From Eledone cirrhosa (lineage: Eukaryota), in the NCBI GenBank assembly GCA_964016885.1, contig OZ024740.1, forward strand, positions 109,368,001-109,432,000: 64,000 bases of DNA, given 5' to 3'. Position 1 is the stretch's first letter, and each line of letters begins with the position of its first letter. A model generated the notes under the pieces. It did no database searches. It saw only the letters and a list, made by a program, of their open reading frames with translations, and was not told where the DNA came from. Made by a program: the position numbers and the translations under genes. Below, one piece after another: positions 28,725-41,100 of the stretch.

Positions 28725-28909
28725 TGCACATACACACACGCACATATATATGTAAATATGTATATATGTGTGTGTGTGTGTGTGTGTGTGACTATATATA
28801 TATATATGTGTTTATGAATGTATCTTTGGCTGTTGTTTCTAGTAGCTCAACTAATGTGAATGTGATAAATTTGGAACACATTTGGTATAATACATTTTCA
28901 TTTCAAGGT

Positions 28910-29125
28910 GAAGTCTACACATGATCATTGAACCAAATTATACTTTGTCATAAAGAGACATTGAATATTGTAATCCTAGATATACGCTTAAAAAGACAGG
29001 GTGGTCATGGACAGAGTAACTGATTTTTTAATGGTATATCTAAGATTACATTATTCAGTATCTCTTTATGACAAAGTATGATTTGGCTGCTATTTCTCAC
29101 AGGTTCAGTGACCATGTGTAACTTC
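28910..29125. mobile_element. Fold-back/MITE-like inverted repeat
   Basis: 28933-28985 is an imperfect reverse complement of 29034-29086; outer arms 28910-28934 / 29102-29125. Confidence 0.7.
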
Positions 29126-29809
29126 AGTTTTGTATGTAGATAGATGGATGGATGCTTGCTGGCTTTCCCTCACATCGACACGCACACACACCGACACTCA
29201 GACACTGACACACGCATGCACACATACACTGACACTCTGACACACCTACAGACACTGACATACACACACACACACATGGAGAGATGGCTAGATAGATAGA
29301 TAGATAGATAGATGGAGAGAAAAGAAAAGTAATATTTAACATATGTCCCCATTGATAATACAACATGAAATATTGAAAGAGAGGGCACAACAGAAAATTG
29401 GAGAGAATTAATATTTACTCTATTGTCAATCCATTTATTCTTTAGAACTTTTTATTCCCCAATTATATAAAATCATGTTTCTAAGTTGTATTCTCACTAC
29501 TCTACAGTAAATATTTCTGTAATATTAAAGCCATGTTTGTTATTTGTATTATCACTATTCTACAGTCAATATTGCTGTAATATCTCTAGAAATGTCTAAT
29601 ACAGAATATAGTCAGCTGTTTATTAAATTCCTTTATCTCGGTCACGAGTTATGATTATGCATACATATATGTATACATGCATGCGTGTATACATTTATGC
29701 ATGCATACATACATATATGTATGCATGCATGTATACATATAATTATATATGAATGTATACATGCATATATGCATGCATTTATAAATTCACACATACACAT
29801 AAATATCAG

Positions 29810-29879
29810 TGCAGTCATGGCTGTGTGGTTAATTTTTTACCATCATGTAATTTCAGGTTTGATATCACTGTATGGCTCA
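29810..29879 (+). mobile_element. Degenerate SINE head split by the Rex3-like insertion (continues ~31773-31835)
   Basis: catggctgtgtggttaa A-box-like, caggtttgatatcactg B-box-like; resumes after the second TSD. Confidence 0.45.
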
Positions 29880-31772
29880 TGATACCACTTCCATCATTGC
29901 TATGCATGTCAATACTGTTCATGTAAATAATTAACTGGAGAGATGATAGTACACACCATTGGCAGGGTCTGACTCCCACATTGAATGGTTTCGATTTAGC
30001 ACCATTTATCTGAACACAAATACTTGGGCATTCATATAGAGACATCAGGGCAGCAAGGAGCTGGCCATCGATTCCATACTCCTGCAGAACCTTCCACAGC
30101 AGGTCCCTAGGCACATGGTCATATGCCTTTTCAAGGTCGAGAAAACAAGAATACACCTGTTGGCAATACTCCCATGATTTCTCGAAGATCTGCTGCCTGT
30201 GAAAATTTGGACAGCTGTGCTGCGCCTGGGGTAAAAACCACACTGTTTATCAGCTAGCTTGGACTCGACAATCTCCCTGCATCTCTTTGCCAGACACTTA
30301 GCATAGACTGTACCAGGGAGGCTTAACAAGGAGTTCTCTCCATAATTGGAATAATCTCTCTTGTCTCCCTTTTTGAAAATTGAGATTATCACTCCTGATT
30401 GCCATTGATTAGGTGCCTTTCCAGAGACCTAGGCCACCCGGCACACACTATCAACCAGATAATACCTTCTTTATTTAAGGCTTTTATCATCTCAGTCCAT
30501 ATTTCATCTTCCCAAGTAGCTGTACCACATTTGAGCTCTTTAACTGTTCTTGTGACCTCAGCCTCTGAGAAATAAGTTACCACTTCCAGATGCACCTCAT
30601 GTACATCAGAAGATGCTGTCATGATCAGGTTTAGAAGATCAGCAGAGTATTCTCTCCACCTCATGAGGCTGTACATCTCTGAAGAGAGGAGAACCCCAGA
30701 TGTGTTCTTGATAGCAGGTGTGGAAGAGGCCTTCTTATTACAAGGTCGGCAGATGGTCTGCCAGGACACATTATTTGCTGATCTGAAGTCAGATTCAAGC
30801 TTAACCTCAAAGTATTTGTATTTGGATAAATGGTGCTAAATTGAAACCATTCAATGTGGAAGTCAGTTTCTGCCAAGGGTGCATCTTATTACCTCTCCTG
30901 TTCATTATTTACCTGAACATAATTGACATGCACAGCTGGGTTGGAAGTGGTATTATGACAAGTGGGTGTAAAATCAGTTAGCTGGAATTTGCAGATGACA
31001 TGGTGTTACTTAACTTGACAGAGGGTGATCTCCGACTTGCACTCGTTTTGATGCAAAGTTCTGCATGGCTAGAATGAAGATCAATGCTGCAAAAACTGAG
31101 ATGTGTTCTCTCAAGGAAGCTTGTGCAGTGCACTCTACATGTGAATGAAGTTCCACTGAAGCAGGTAGAGAAGTTTGAGTATCTCTGGGCAATGTTCATG
31201 AGTGATGAAGGCAGGAAGCTGAATCAAGTTCAAGACTTACAGGAGCTGGTGTAATAGTGTGCCAGCTTCAGCAATCAGAAGGGGGGTAGGCATAAAAGCT
31301 AAACTTGCTGTCTTCAGTTCCATATTTGTGCCAATCCTTACCTATGGTCTTGAATCTTGGGTAATGACTAAAAGAATGTAATCATGAATATAAGCGGCCA
31401 AAATGGGCTTCCTCCGATGTGTCCTTGGAGTAACGTTATTCAATAGTGCGTAGCTCGGAGATCAGTCACACCTGGTAGAGCTGCTATTTCTTCGAATTGA
31501 GAGATCACAACCCTGATACTATGGGCATATGGTTAAAATGTCTCAGGAAAGAATCGCTGGATAGATTTTAAGGGCAAAACCAACTGGCAAGAGACCCAGA
31601 GGTAGACCCAGAGCATTATGGTTGGATAACAGCCATGAGCTTGGTTGGTCTCACTTGGGGAACCAGCCAGACCAGTTGGAGATGGTTGCTTCTGACAGGA
31701 TCCACTGGAAGGAGTGTCTGAGGACTCTGCACTTACAACCCTCGCAGGAATAAGTGGACAAAGAAGAATTAT
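29880..31772 (+). mobile_element. Rex3/Expander-like RTE LINE with inverted 5' segment
   Basis: 29880-~30800 is minus strand (RWREY..IFKKGDKRDYSNY..QCGF..CFLDLEKAYDHVP); ~30805-31772 is plus strand (QGCILLPLLF..FADD..FEYL..RPRGRP); TATGGCTCA at 29871-29879 and 31773-31781. Confidence 0.88.
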
Positions 31773-32387
31773 TATGGCTCACTGTGTGTTTTTTGTTATA
31801 GTCACAAGTTACACAAGCACTGTATGAGATGGATGACTTGTCATAATCACAGGTGTAGGCTCATGAAAAATTTAGACTTTATATGTGGTAAGTGCGCAGC
31901 ACAGGAGCAGTAAGTAGTACAAGCAATCATGAAATAAGCGTCATGAAATGCTCAGACAGAAGCAGGCTGGATCATAAAACCAACCTGGGCATTTTGGTCA
32001 CACTAACAGACTATTGTTGACTGTTGAATGCCAGAGATGTGTTTAAACAGCTCAGCTACAGTGTGTTCCATTTTCATTTCAAACTTTGCTTAGCTGCTAT
32101 GACAAACTTCTGTGATATCTTTCAGTTGTTTTTTTGTTTGTTTTTGTTTTTAACCTGGCCTAGCAACCTACTGGTTGTTGCTCCAAAACTTCATATGGTC
32201 AGTCAGCTTCTGTGCTCAGATGTCATCTGATAACATCTTATCTCATCCTGTAACCAAAGTTTTAAATCAACATCCTGTATCACTACAACACATTACATAT
32301 AATGATCAGAATCCAAAGAAGTGGAAATAGCAAGCCATATTTGATTATTGTCTATAAACCAAAGAGTAAAAAACAAAAACATAACTA

Positions 32388-32446
<59 letters not shown>

Positions 32447-32724
32447 TATTCAGTGATATTTTAATCTAATTTCTGTTTGTTTCAATCATATTTCCTATCT
32501 GCTAGTAATTATGCCTTCCATTTTCAAAGATAGCCACCGACATCATTATTTTCTTCCTTTTTTTCTGTCTGTCTATCTGTCTTCTCTCACACCATGTAAA
32601 AGTATAAATCTAATTTGTCACAGATATTCATATAGCCAGACATGTTTTTTAGAATGTTAATATATCCCTGTCATGCTACTTTCTTGTTTGTCACTCTTGT
32701 AGCAATAACAAACAACAGATTGTG

Positions 32725-32995
32725 TTGTACGTCCCTTTATGTTCTGAGTTCAAATCCTGCCATGGTTAGCTTCGCTTTTCATCCTTACAGGGTCAATAAA
32801 ATAAAGTACCAGTAATGCACTGGGATTGATTTAATTGACTTTCCTCTTCCCCCAAATTTGTTGGCCTTGTGCCTAATTCAAAAATTATTATTATGCTGAA
32901 TTGAGAGAATTAGACAAAATGCTTTGCAGCATTTGGTTTTTGCTCCTTACATTTGTCTACTTTGCCTTTCATCTTTCTGGGGTTGGTAAAGTACC
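32725..32995 (+). mobile_element. Two partial Meta-like SINE copies
   Basis: ctgagttcaaatcctgcc...ttttcatccttacagggtcaataaaataaagtaccag; second deleted copy ends ..ggtaaagtacca. Confidence 0.75.
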
Positions 32996-33299
32996 ATACA
33001 TGCATGCATGCATACATACATACATACATACATACATACATACATACATACATACAAGCATACACACATACAAGCATAGATATACACACACACACACATA
33101 CAAGCATACATACATACATGAGCAATTCGCAAGTATTATGCAAATATAAGATGCAATGTCTCTACTGCATACATGAAAAGATAGCTGGGAATCTAGAGCA
33201 TGTAACAAAGTAAATTGTATAAGATAATTATCCTTTGTTTCACTCGTCTATGAGGACATTACTGACATTACTGCCATTGTGCCAAAATGAGAAACCATT

Positions 33300-33495
33300 G
33301 AGGGCAGTGGATTAGTGTCATTAGTAGTATTTGTTCCATTTTTTTTACATGCTGAGTTCAAACCCTGCTGAGCTCAACTTTGTATGTCATCCTTCTGCAG
33401 TTGATAGCATAAAGTACCAGTCACATACTGGTGGTAATATAATTGACTTTTCCCTCTTAAATTGCTGGCCTTGTGCCTCTGCTAGAAATCATTAT
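33300..33495 (+). mobile_element. Diverged Meta-like SINE
   Basis: gagttcaaaccc...catccttctgcagttgatagcataaagtaccag...aattgctggccttgtgcc. Confidence 0.7.
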
Positions 33496-33751
33496 CTATT
33501 GCTTAACACTCACTTTTACCCACTGTAAATACCACACTGTGTCTTGTTTGTTGTTTTTCTAAGTATGTCATTTTTGTACAGTTGCCATCTTTGGCTCTTG
33601 TGGCCAATAAAAGGATTTTTCTTCTTCTTGCATATGTGACAGTTGTTGTATCAGGCTGTTGTCATTTGCCTTATTGAGATCAAATATCAGTGATCAGTTT
33701 CTAGGCCCCACCGAGAGGAGGTTGACAACTTGGGTTCCAAAGAAATGATTA

Positions 33752-34450
33752 TTTCATCCTTACTGGGTTGATAAAATAACCAGTAATATACTGGAGTCGA
33801 TTTAATCAACTTTCTCCTCCCCAGAATTGTTGGCCTTGTGCTTATATCAGAAACCATTAACGGCGGTAGATTGGCAGAATCAGTAGAGGGTCAGACGCCA
33901 TGCTTTGACGCAAAGAGTTATGGCCCTTGCCATTCTGAATTCAAATCCTGCCGAGGTTAACTTTGCCTTTCATCCTTATGGGGTAGATAAAATAAAGTAC
34001 CAGTCACGCACTGGGGTCGATTTAATCGACCCCCCCCCCCCCCCAAAAAAAAAAATTACTGGCCTTGTGCCTATATAAGAAACCATTATTATATGGCCCT
34101 TTACGTTCTGAGTTCAAATCCTGCCGAGGTTAACTTTGCCTCTCATCCTTACATGGTCAATAAAATGAAGTACCAGTAATGCACTGGGATAATTGCTGGC
34201 CTTGTGCCAAAAGTAGAAACAATTATTATAATTGTTCAGATTGGCAGTATTGGTAGAGCGTCGGACACTATGCTTTGCAGCATAGTTACAGCCCTTTGTG
34301 TTCTGAGTTCAAATCCCACTGAGGTTAGCTTTGCCTTTCATCCTTATGGGGTCGAGAAATAAAGCACCAGTAATGTACTGGGGTTGATTTAATTGATTTT
34401 CTTTTCCCCCCAAATTGCTGGCCTTGTGCCTGAAGTAGAAACAGTTATTA
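33752..34450 (+). mobile_element. Tandem cluster of four Meta-like SINE copies (two partial)
   Basis: Body motif at ~33755, 33965, 34137 and 34333; B boxes at ~33937, 34110, 34305. Confidence 0.85.
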
Positions 34451-34961
34451 CAATTGATGCTGTTAATGAATTGGATGATTCATTAAAGTTTCAAAATCAT
34501 AGTTACACCCCTTTACATTGGTGGTGGTGGTGTTGCTGGTATTGGTGGTGTTATTGTGTCCAGAGTTTCTGTCAGAATTTGTTAATTCTCTCAACTTTCT
34601 CTGTCTTTCATAAATCTCCATCTTCCAAGTCTTCCTCCTCCATCTTGGTTTCAACAAGCTTTTACCTTTTCCATCTCCTTCATCTCTCTTCCTCTGGAAT
34701 TTTATTTTTTTCCATTTCTTCAAATTGTTTATATACACACACATACTCACATACTCAAACATTCTTTTTTTTTATAATTAACTAACTACCTACCTACTTA
34801 ACTTCCCTCTACTCTCCCTTTTGTTTCCACACCAATTAACATACTGACATACATAGGTATTCATGCACACACAAACATAACTATTCATATTCACACATGC
34901 ATACCCACAGACACACATTCACAAATAAAAGTACACAAGCTCTCTCATACATGCAGGAATA

Positions 34962-36090
34962 TATTAGGTTAGACAGAAAGTTCTCGCCATTTAAATATTT
35001 TTTATTGACTTTAGCATTTAGTCAAATTAATCGCCATCATTTGAGATTAGTCTGCCATTGTTTAGGAAGGCACATGATTCCATCCCTGTAGAAGTTTTCT
35101 GGCTTCAATGCAAAGAATTCTGTCAGCCACTAATATAACATGTTTTCCTTGGTGAAGGTCTTTGACAGCATTGCATTACCCATTGAGAGAAAAAAAGTGA
35201 AAGTATATAGGTGTGAAGTTGGGTGAATTCAGTAGGTGGGGCAGAACCCCCAACCTAGCTCCAGCAGCTTCTCGCGGGTCATCCTTGATATATGAGGCCA
35301 AATGTTATCATGAAGGAATCGAACAGGACCATGGTGTGGGTGCACCTGTGAAATTTTTGCTGCTAATCTCAGATGTTGGCAATAGACCTCAGAGGTTACA
35401 CTGGTGTTTGATGGAAGCAGCTTGTAGCGGATGACACCTTTCCAGTCCCACCAAACGCTGAGTGGGGCCTTGCCAGGGTGGCGGCCAGCCTTTACTTGCT
35501 ATTATGATGCATTCTCTTTATCAACCAATGATCACTTGCACTTCACATGATTGTAGTGACACCATTTTTCATCACCAGTGACAATGGAACATAACCAGTA
35601 GGTTGTGTGATGATAGGAGAGTAGAGAGGTTGCAGTTACTGCCCAACATGATTACGGTTAGTCAGATTATGGGGCACCCATTAATCCAGCTAGGACACCT
35701 TCCCTATTGTATGCAAGTGATTGCAGAGGGTTATTTTCGATGCTCCAAGCACTTTGGAGAGTTGATGTAATGTCTAGTGTGGGTCAGCTTCCACCAGCTC
35801 ACACAGTTGCTCGTCATTGAAGTTGGATGGATGTCCTGCATATGGTCGATTTTCAAGGCAGTAACCACCAGCATGGAAGTGTGTGAACCAATCTTTGGTA
35901 CTGCATGCAGACATGGTGTGTGACCCAAATGCATTGTTAATGTGATGACTCGATGGTACTACACTTAGGCCAGAGTTGAAGTCATAAAGTAAACACCCAC
36001 AAATAAACAATTGGGAGAGCTCCATGTTGCTTGCTGCCCTTTGATGATGTAACAGAAAATGAGAAATACACATAGCGCATAACAATGTAA
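34962..36090 (-). mobile_element. Decayed mariner (DDD) transposon
   Basis: Minus strand: CLLYDF..WF.HF..G...LE.RP..GHPS..LVEADP (HTH); VTGDEKW (~35560-35583); FLHDN (~35305-35318); ELGW.VLPH..NSP; PENFYRDGIMCLPKQW; one TIR-like end tattaggttagacagaaagtt at 34962. Confidence 0.88.
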
Positions 36091-36439
36091 ATTATATATA
36101 TGTGCCTGTGCAACTTTCAGCATTTCCTGAAAATTCTACTAAAATACCTCCTTTTGAAAAATGGCAGGAACATTCTGTCCAACCGAATATAAGCATCATA
36201 TACACATACATCAGATTTACAGACATGTATATGCACATACACATTCATATATTTACATACCCATATACACACGCACGCACACATGTACATATTCACATAC
36301 AAAAATGCCTTCACACACATTGCATACATTTATATTCCCATAGTGCACATATTCACACATGCACAAGTGCACACACACACGGATAGATGGGTAGAAATAC
36401 AGACAGGCAGATAGATGAATTGACTAACAGTGTAATAGT

Positions 36440-38040
36440 GAGGATGATGATGATGATGGGGATAAGTTTGGTGGTGGTAGCAGTGATGATGATGGTAAGT
36501 TTAATGATGGTGGTGGTAGCAGTAGTGGTGGTGGCAGTAGCAATGGTGGTGGCGGCAGTAGCAATGGTGGTGGCGGCAGTAGCAATGGTGGTGGTGGCGG
36601 CAGTAGCAATGGTGGTGGCGGCAGTAGCAATGGTGGTGGCGGCAGTAGCAATGGTGGTGGTGGCAGTAGCAATGGTGGTGGTGGCAGTAGCAATGGTGGT
36701 GGTGGCAGTAGCAATGGTGGTGGCGGCAGTAGCAATGGTGGTGGTGGCAGTAGCAATGGTGGTGGCGGCAGTAGCAATGGTGGTGGCGGCAGTAGCAATG
36801 GTGGTGGCAGCAGTAGCAATAGTGGTGGCGGCAGTAGCAATGGTGGTGGCGGCAGTAGCAATAGTGGTGGCGGCAGTAGCAATGGTGGTGGTGGCGGCAG
36901 TAGCAAGGGTGGTGGCGGCAGTAGCAATGGTGGTGGTGGCGGCAGTAGCAATGGTGGTGGCGGCAGTAGCAATGGTGGTGGCGGCAGTAGCAATAGTGGT
37001 GGCGGCAGTAGCAATGGTGATGGCGGCAGTAGCAATGGTGGTGGTGGCGGCAGTAGCAATGGTGGTGGTGGCGGCAGTAGCAATGGTGGTGGTGGCGGCA
37101 GTAGCAATGGTGGTGGCGGCAGTAGCAATGGTGGTGGTGGCGGCAGTAGCAATGGTGGTGGCGGCAGTAGCAGTGGTGGTGGTGGCAGTAGCAATGGTGG
37201 TGGTGGTGGCAGCAGTAGCAATGGTGGTGGTGGCGGCAGTAGCAATGGTGGTGGTGGCGGCAGTAGCAATGGTGGTGGCGGCAGTAGCAATGGTGGTGGT
37301 GGCGGCAGTAGCAATGGTGGTGGTGGCGGCAGTAGCAATGGTGGTGGCGGCAGTAGCAATGGTGGTGGTGGCGGCAGTAGCAATGGTGGTGGTGGCGGCA
37401 GTAGCAATAGTGGTGGCGGCAGTAGCAATGGTGGTGGTGGCGGCAGTAGCAATGGTGGTGGTGGCGGCAGTAGCAATGGTGGTGGTGGCGGCAGTAGCAA
37501 TGGTGGTGGTGGCGGCAGTAGCAATGGTGGTGGCGGCAGTAGCAATGGTGGTAGCGGCAGTAGCAATGGTGGTGGCGGCAGTAGCAATGGTGGTGGTGGC
37601 GGCAGTAGCAATGGTGGTGGTGGCGGCAGTAGCAATGGTGGTGGTGGCGGCAGTAGCAATGGTGGTGGTGGCGGCAGTAGCAATGGTGGTGGTGGCGGCA
37701 GTAGCAATGGTGGTGGTGGCGGCAATGGTGGTGGTGGCGGCAGTAGCAATGGTGGTGGTGGCGGCAGTAGCAATGGTGGTGGTGGCGGCAGTAGCAATGG
37801 TGGTGGTGGCGGCAGTAGCAATGGTGGTGGTGGCGGCAGTAGCAATAGTGGTGGCGGCAGTAGCAATGGTGGTGGTGGCGGCAGTAGCAATGGTGGTGGC
37901 GGCAGTAGCAATAGTGATGGCGGCAGTAGCAATAGTGGTGGCGGCAGTAGCAATGGTGGTGGTGGCGGCAGTAGCAATGGTGGTGGTGGCGGCAGTGGCA
38001 ATGGTGGTGGCGGCGGCAGTAGCAATGGTGGTGATAATTA
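36440..38040. repeat. 18/21-bp triplet-based minisatellite (GGCGGCAGTAGCAATGGT[GGT]n)
   Basis: Tandem units differing by the number of GGT triplets. Confidence 0.95.
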
Positions 38041-38165
38041 ATATGATGATGATGTCATTGATAATTGTTAAGGCAACAGTAGTAGCAGTGGTAAATATAT
38101 TTAAAAGACAAGAATTTGTTAATTCTTCAGGATATGAGAAAATATTTAATTTCCTTTCACATTAG

Positions 38166-41100
38166 ATCTTTGACCAAGACATATCTTAGTCCAAGACACA
38201 TGCCTTAGTCCAAGACACATATCTTAGTCCAAGACACATGCCTTAGTCCAAGACACATATCTTAGTCCAAGACACATATCTTAGTCCAAGACACATATCT
38301 TAGTCCAAGACACATATCTTAGTCCAAGACACATGCCTTAGTCCAAGACACATGCCTTAGTCCAAGACACATGCCTTAGTCCAAGACACATATCTTAGTC
38401 CAAGACACATATCTTAGTCCAAGACACATATCTTAGTCCAAGACACATATCTTAGTCCAAGACATATCTTAGTCCAAGACACATGCCTTAGTCCAAGACA
38501 CATATCTTAGTCCAAGACACATATCTTAGTCCAAGACACATATCTTAGTCCAAGACACATATCTTAGTCCAAGACACATATCTTAGTCCAAGACACATAT
38601 CTTAGTCCAAGACACATATCTTAGTCCAAGACACATTTCTTAGTCCAAGACACATATCTTAGTCCAAGACACATATCTTAGTCCAAGACACGTGTTAGTC
38701 CAAGACACATGTCTTAGTCCAAGACATATGTCTTAGTCCAAGACACATGCCTTAGTCCAAGACACATGCCTTAGTCCAAGACACATGCCTTAGTCCAAGA
38801 CACATGCCTTAGTCCAAGACACATGCCTTAGTCCAAGACACATATCTTAGTCCAAGACACATATCTTAGTCCAAGACACATATCTTAGTCCAAGACACAT
38901 ATCTTAGTCCAAGACACATATCTTAGTCCAAGACACATATCTTAGTCCAAGACATATCTTAGTCCAAGACATGTCTTAGTCCAAGACATGTCTTAGTCCA
39001 AGACACATGCCTTAGTCCAAGACACATATCTTAGTCCAAGACACATATCTTAGTCCAAGACACATGCCTTAGTCCAAGACACATATCTTAGTCCAAGACA
39101 CATATCTTAGTCCAAGACACATATCTTAGTCCAAGACACATATCTTAGTCCAAGACACATATCTTAGTCCAAGACACATATCTTAGTCCAAGACACATGT
39201 CTTAGTCCAAGACACATGTCTTAGTCCAAGACACATGTCTTAGTCCAAGACACATGTCTTAGTCCAAGACACATGTCTTAGTCCAAGACACATGTGTTAG
39301 TCCAAGACACATGTCTTAGTCCAAGACATATGTCTTAGTCCAGGACAAATGCCTTAGTCCAAGACACATGCCTTAGTCCAAGACACATTTCTTAGTCCAA
39401 GACACATGCCTTAGTCCAAGACATGTCTTAGTCCAAGACACATGCCTTAGTCCAAGACACATGCCTTAGTCCAAGACACATGCCTTAGTCCAAGACACAT
39501 ATCTTAGTCCAAGACACATATCTTAGTCCAAGACACATATCTTAGTCCAAGACACATATCTTAGTCCAAGACACATATCTTAGTCCAAGACACATCTTAG
39601 TCCAAGACACATTTCTTAGTCCAAGACACATATCTTAGTCCAAGACACATATCTTAGTCCAAGACACGTGTTAGTCCAAGACACATGTCTTAGTCCAAGA
39701 CATATGTCTTAGTCCAAGACACATGCCTTAGTCCAAGACACATGCCTTAGTCCAAGACACATGCCTTAGTCCAAGACACATGCCTTAGTCCAAGACACAT
39801 ATCTTAGTCCAAGACACATATCTTAGTCCAAGACACATATCTTAGTCCAAGACACATATCTTAGTCCAAGACACATATCTTAGTCCAAGACACATATCTT
39901 AGTCCAAGACACATATCTTAGTCCAAGACACATATCTTAGTCCAAGACATATCTTAGTCCAAGACATATCTTAGTCCAAGACATGTCTTAGTCCAAGACA
40001 TGTCTTAGTCCAAGACACATGCCTTAGTCCAAGACACATATCTTAGTCCAAGACACATGCCTTAGTCCAAGACACATATCTTAGTCCAAGACACATATCT
40101 TAGTCCAAGACACATATCTTAGTCCAAGACACATATCTTAGTCCAAGACACATATCTTAGTCCAAGACACATATCTTAGTCCAAGACACATATCTTAGTC
40201 CAAGACACATGTCTTAGTCCAAGACACATGTCTTAGTCCAAGACACATGTCTTAGTCCAAGACACATGTCTTAGTCCAAGACACATGTGTTAGTCCAAGA
40301 CACATGTCTTAGTCCAAGACATATGTCTTAGTCCAAGACACATGCCTTAGTCCAAGACTCATGCCTTAGTCCAAGACACATATCTTAGTCCAAGACACAT
40401 GCCTTAGTCCAAGACATGTCTTAGTCCAAGACACATGCCTTAGTCCAAGACACATGCCTTAGTCCAAGACACATGCCTTAGTCCAAGACACATGTCTTAG
40501 TCCAAGACACATATCTTAGTCCAAGACACATATCTTAGTCCAAGACACATATCTTAGTCCAAGACACATATCTTAGTCCAAGACACATATCTTAGTCCAA
40601 GACACATATCTTAGTTCAAGACACATGCCTTAGTCGAAGACACATATCTTAGTCCAAGACACATATCTTAGTCCAAGACACATATCTTAGTCCAAGACAC
40701 ATATCTTAGTCCAAGACACATATCTTAGTCCAAGACACATATCTTAGTCCAAGACACATATCTTAGTCCAAGACACATATCTTAGTCCAAGACACATATC
40801 TTAGTCCAAGACACATATCTTAGTCCAAGACACATATCTTAGTCCAAGACACATGTCTTAGTCCAAGACACATGTCTTAGTCCAAGACACATGTCTTAGT
40901 CCAAGACACATGCCTTAGTCCAAGACACATGCCTTAGTCCAAGACACATGCCTTAGTCCAAGACACATATCTTAGTCCAAGACACATGCCTTAGTCCAAG
41001 ACACATATCTTAGTCCAAGACACATGCCTTAGTCCAAGACACATATCTTAGTCCAAGACACATATCTTAGTCCAAGACACATATCTTAGTCCAAGACACA

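Noticed and set aside
36387-38165. 592-aa Val/Ala ORF, the alternative GGSSNGG glycine-rich frame and the antisense poly-Pro ORF
   Set aside because: Units are multiples of 3 so several frames stay open; no non-repetitive coding flanks or codon-position variation
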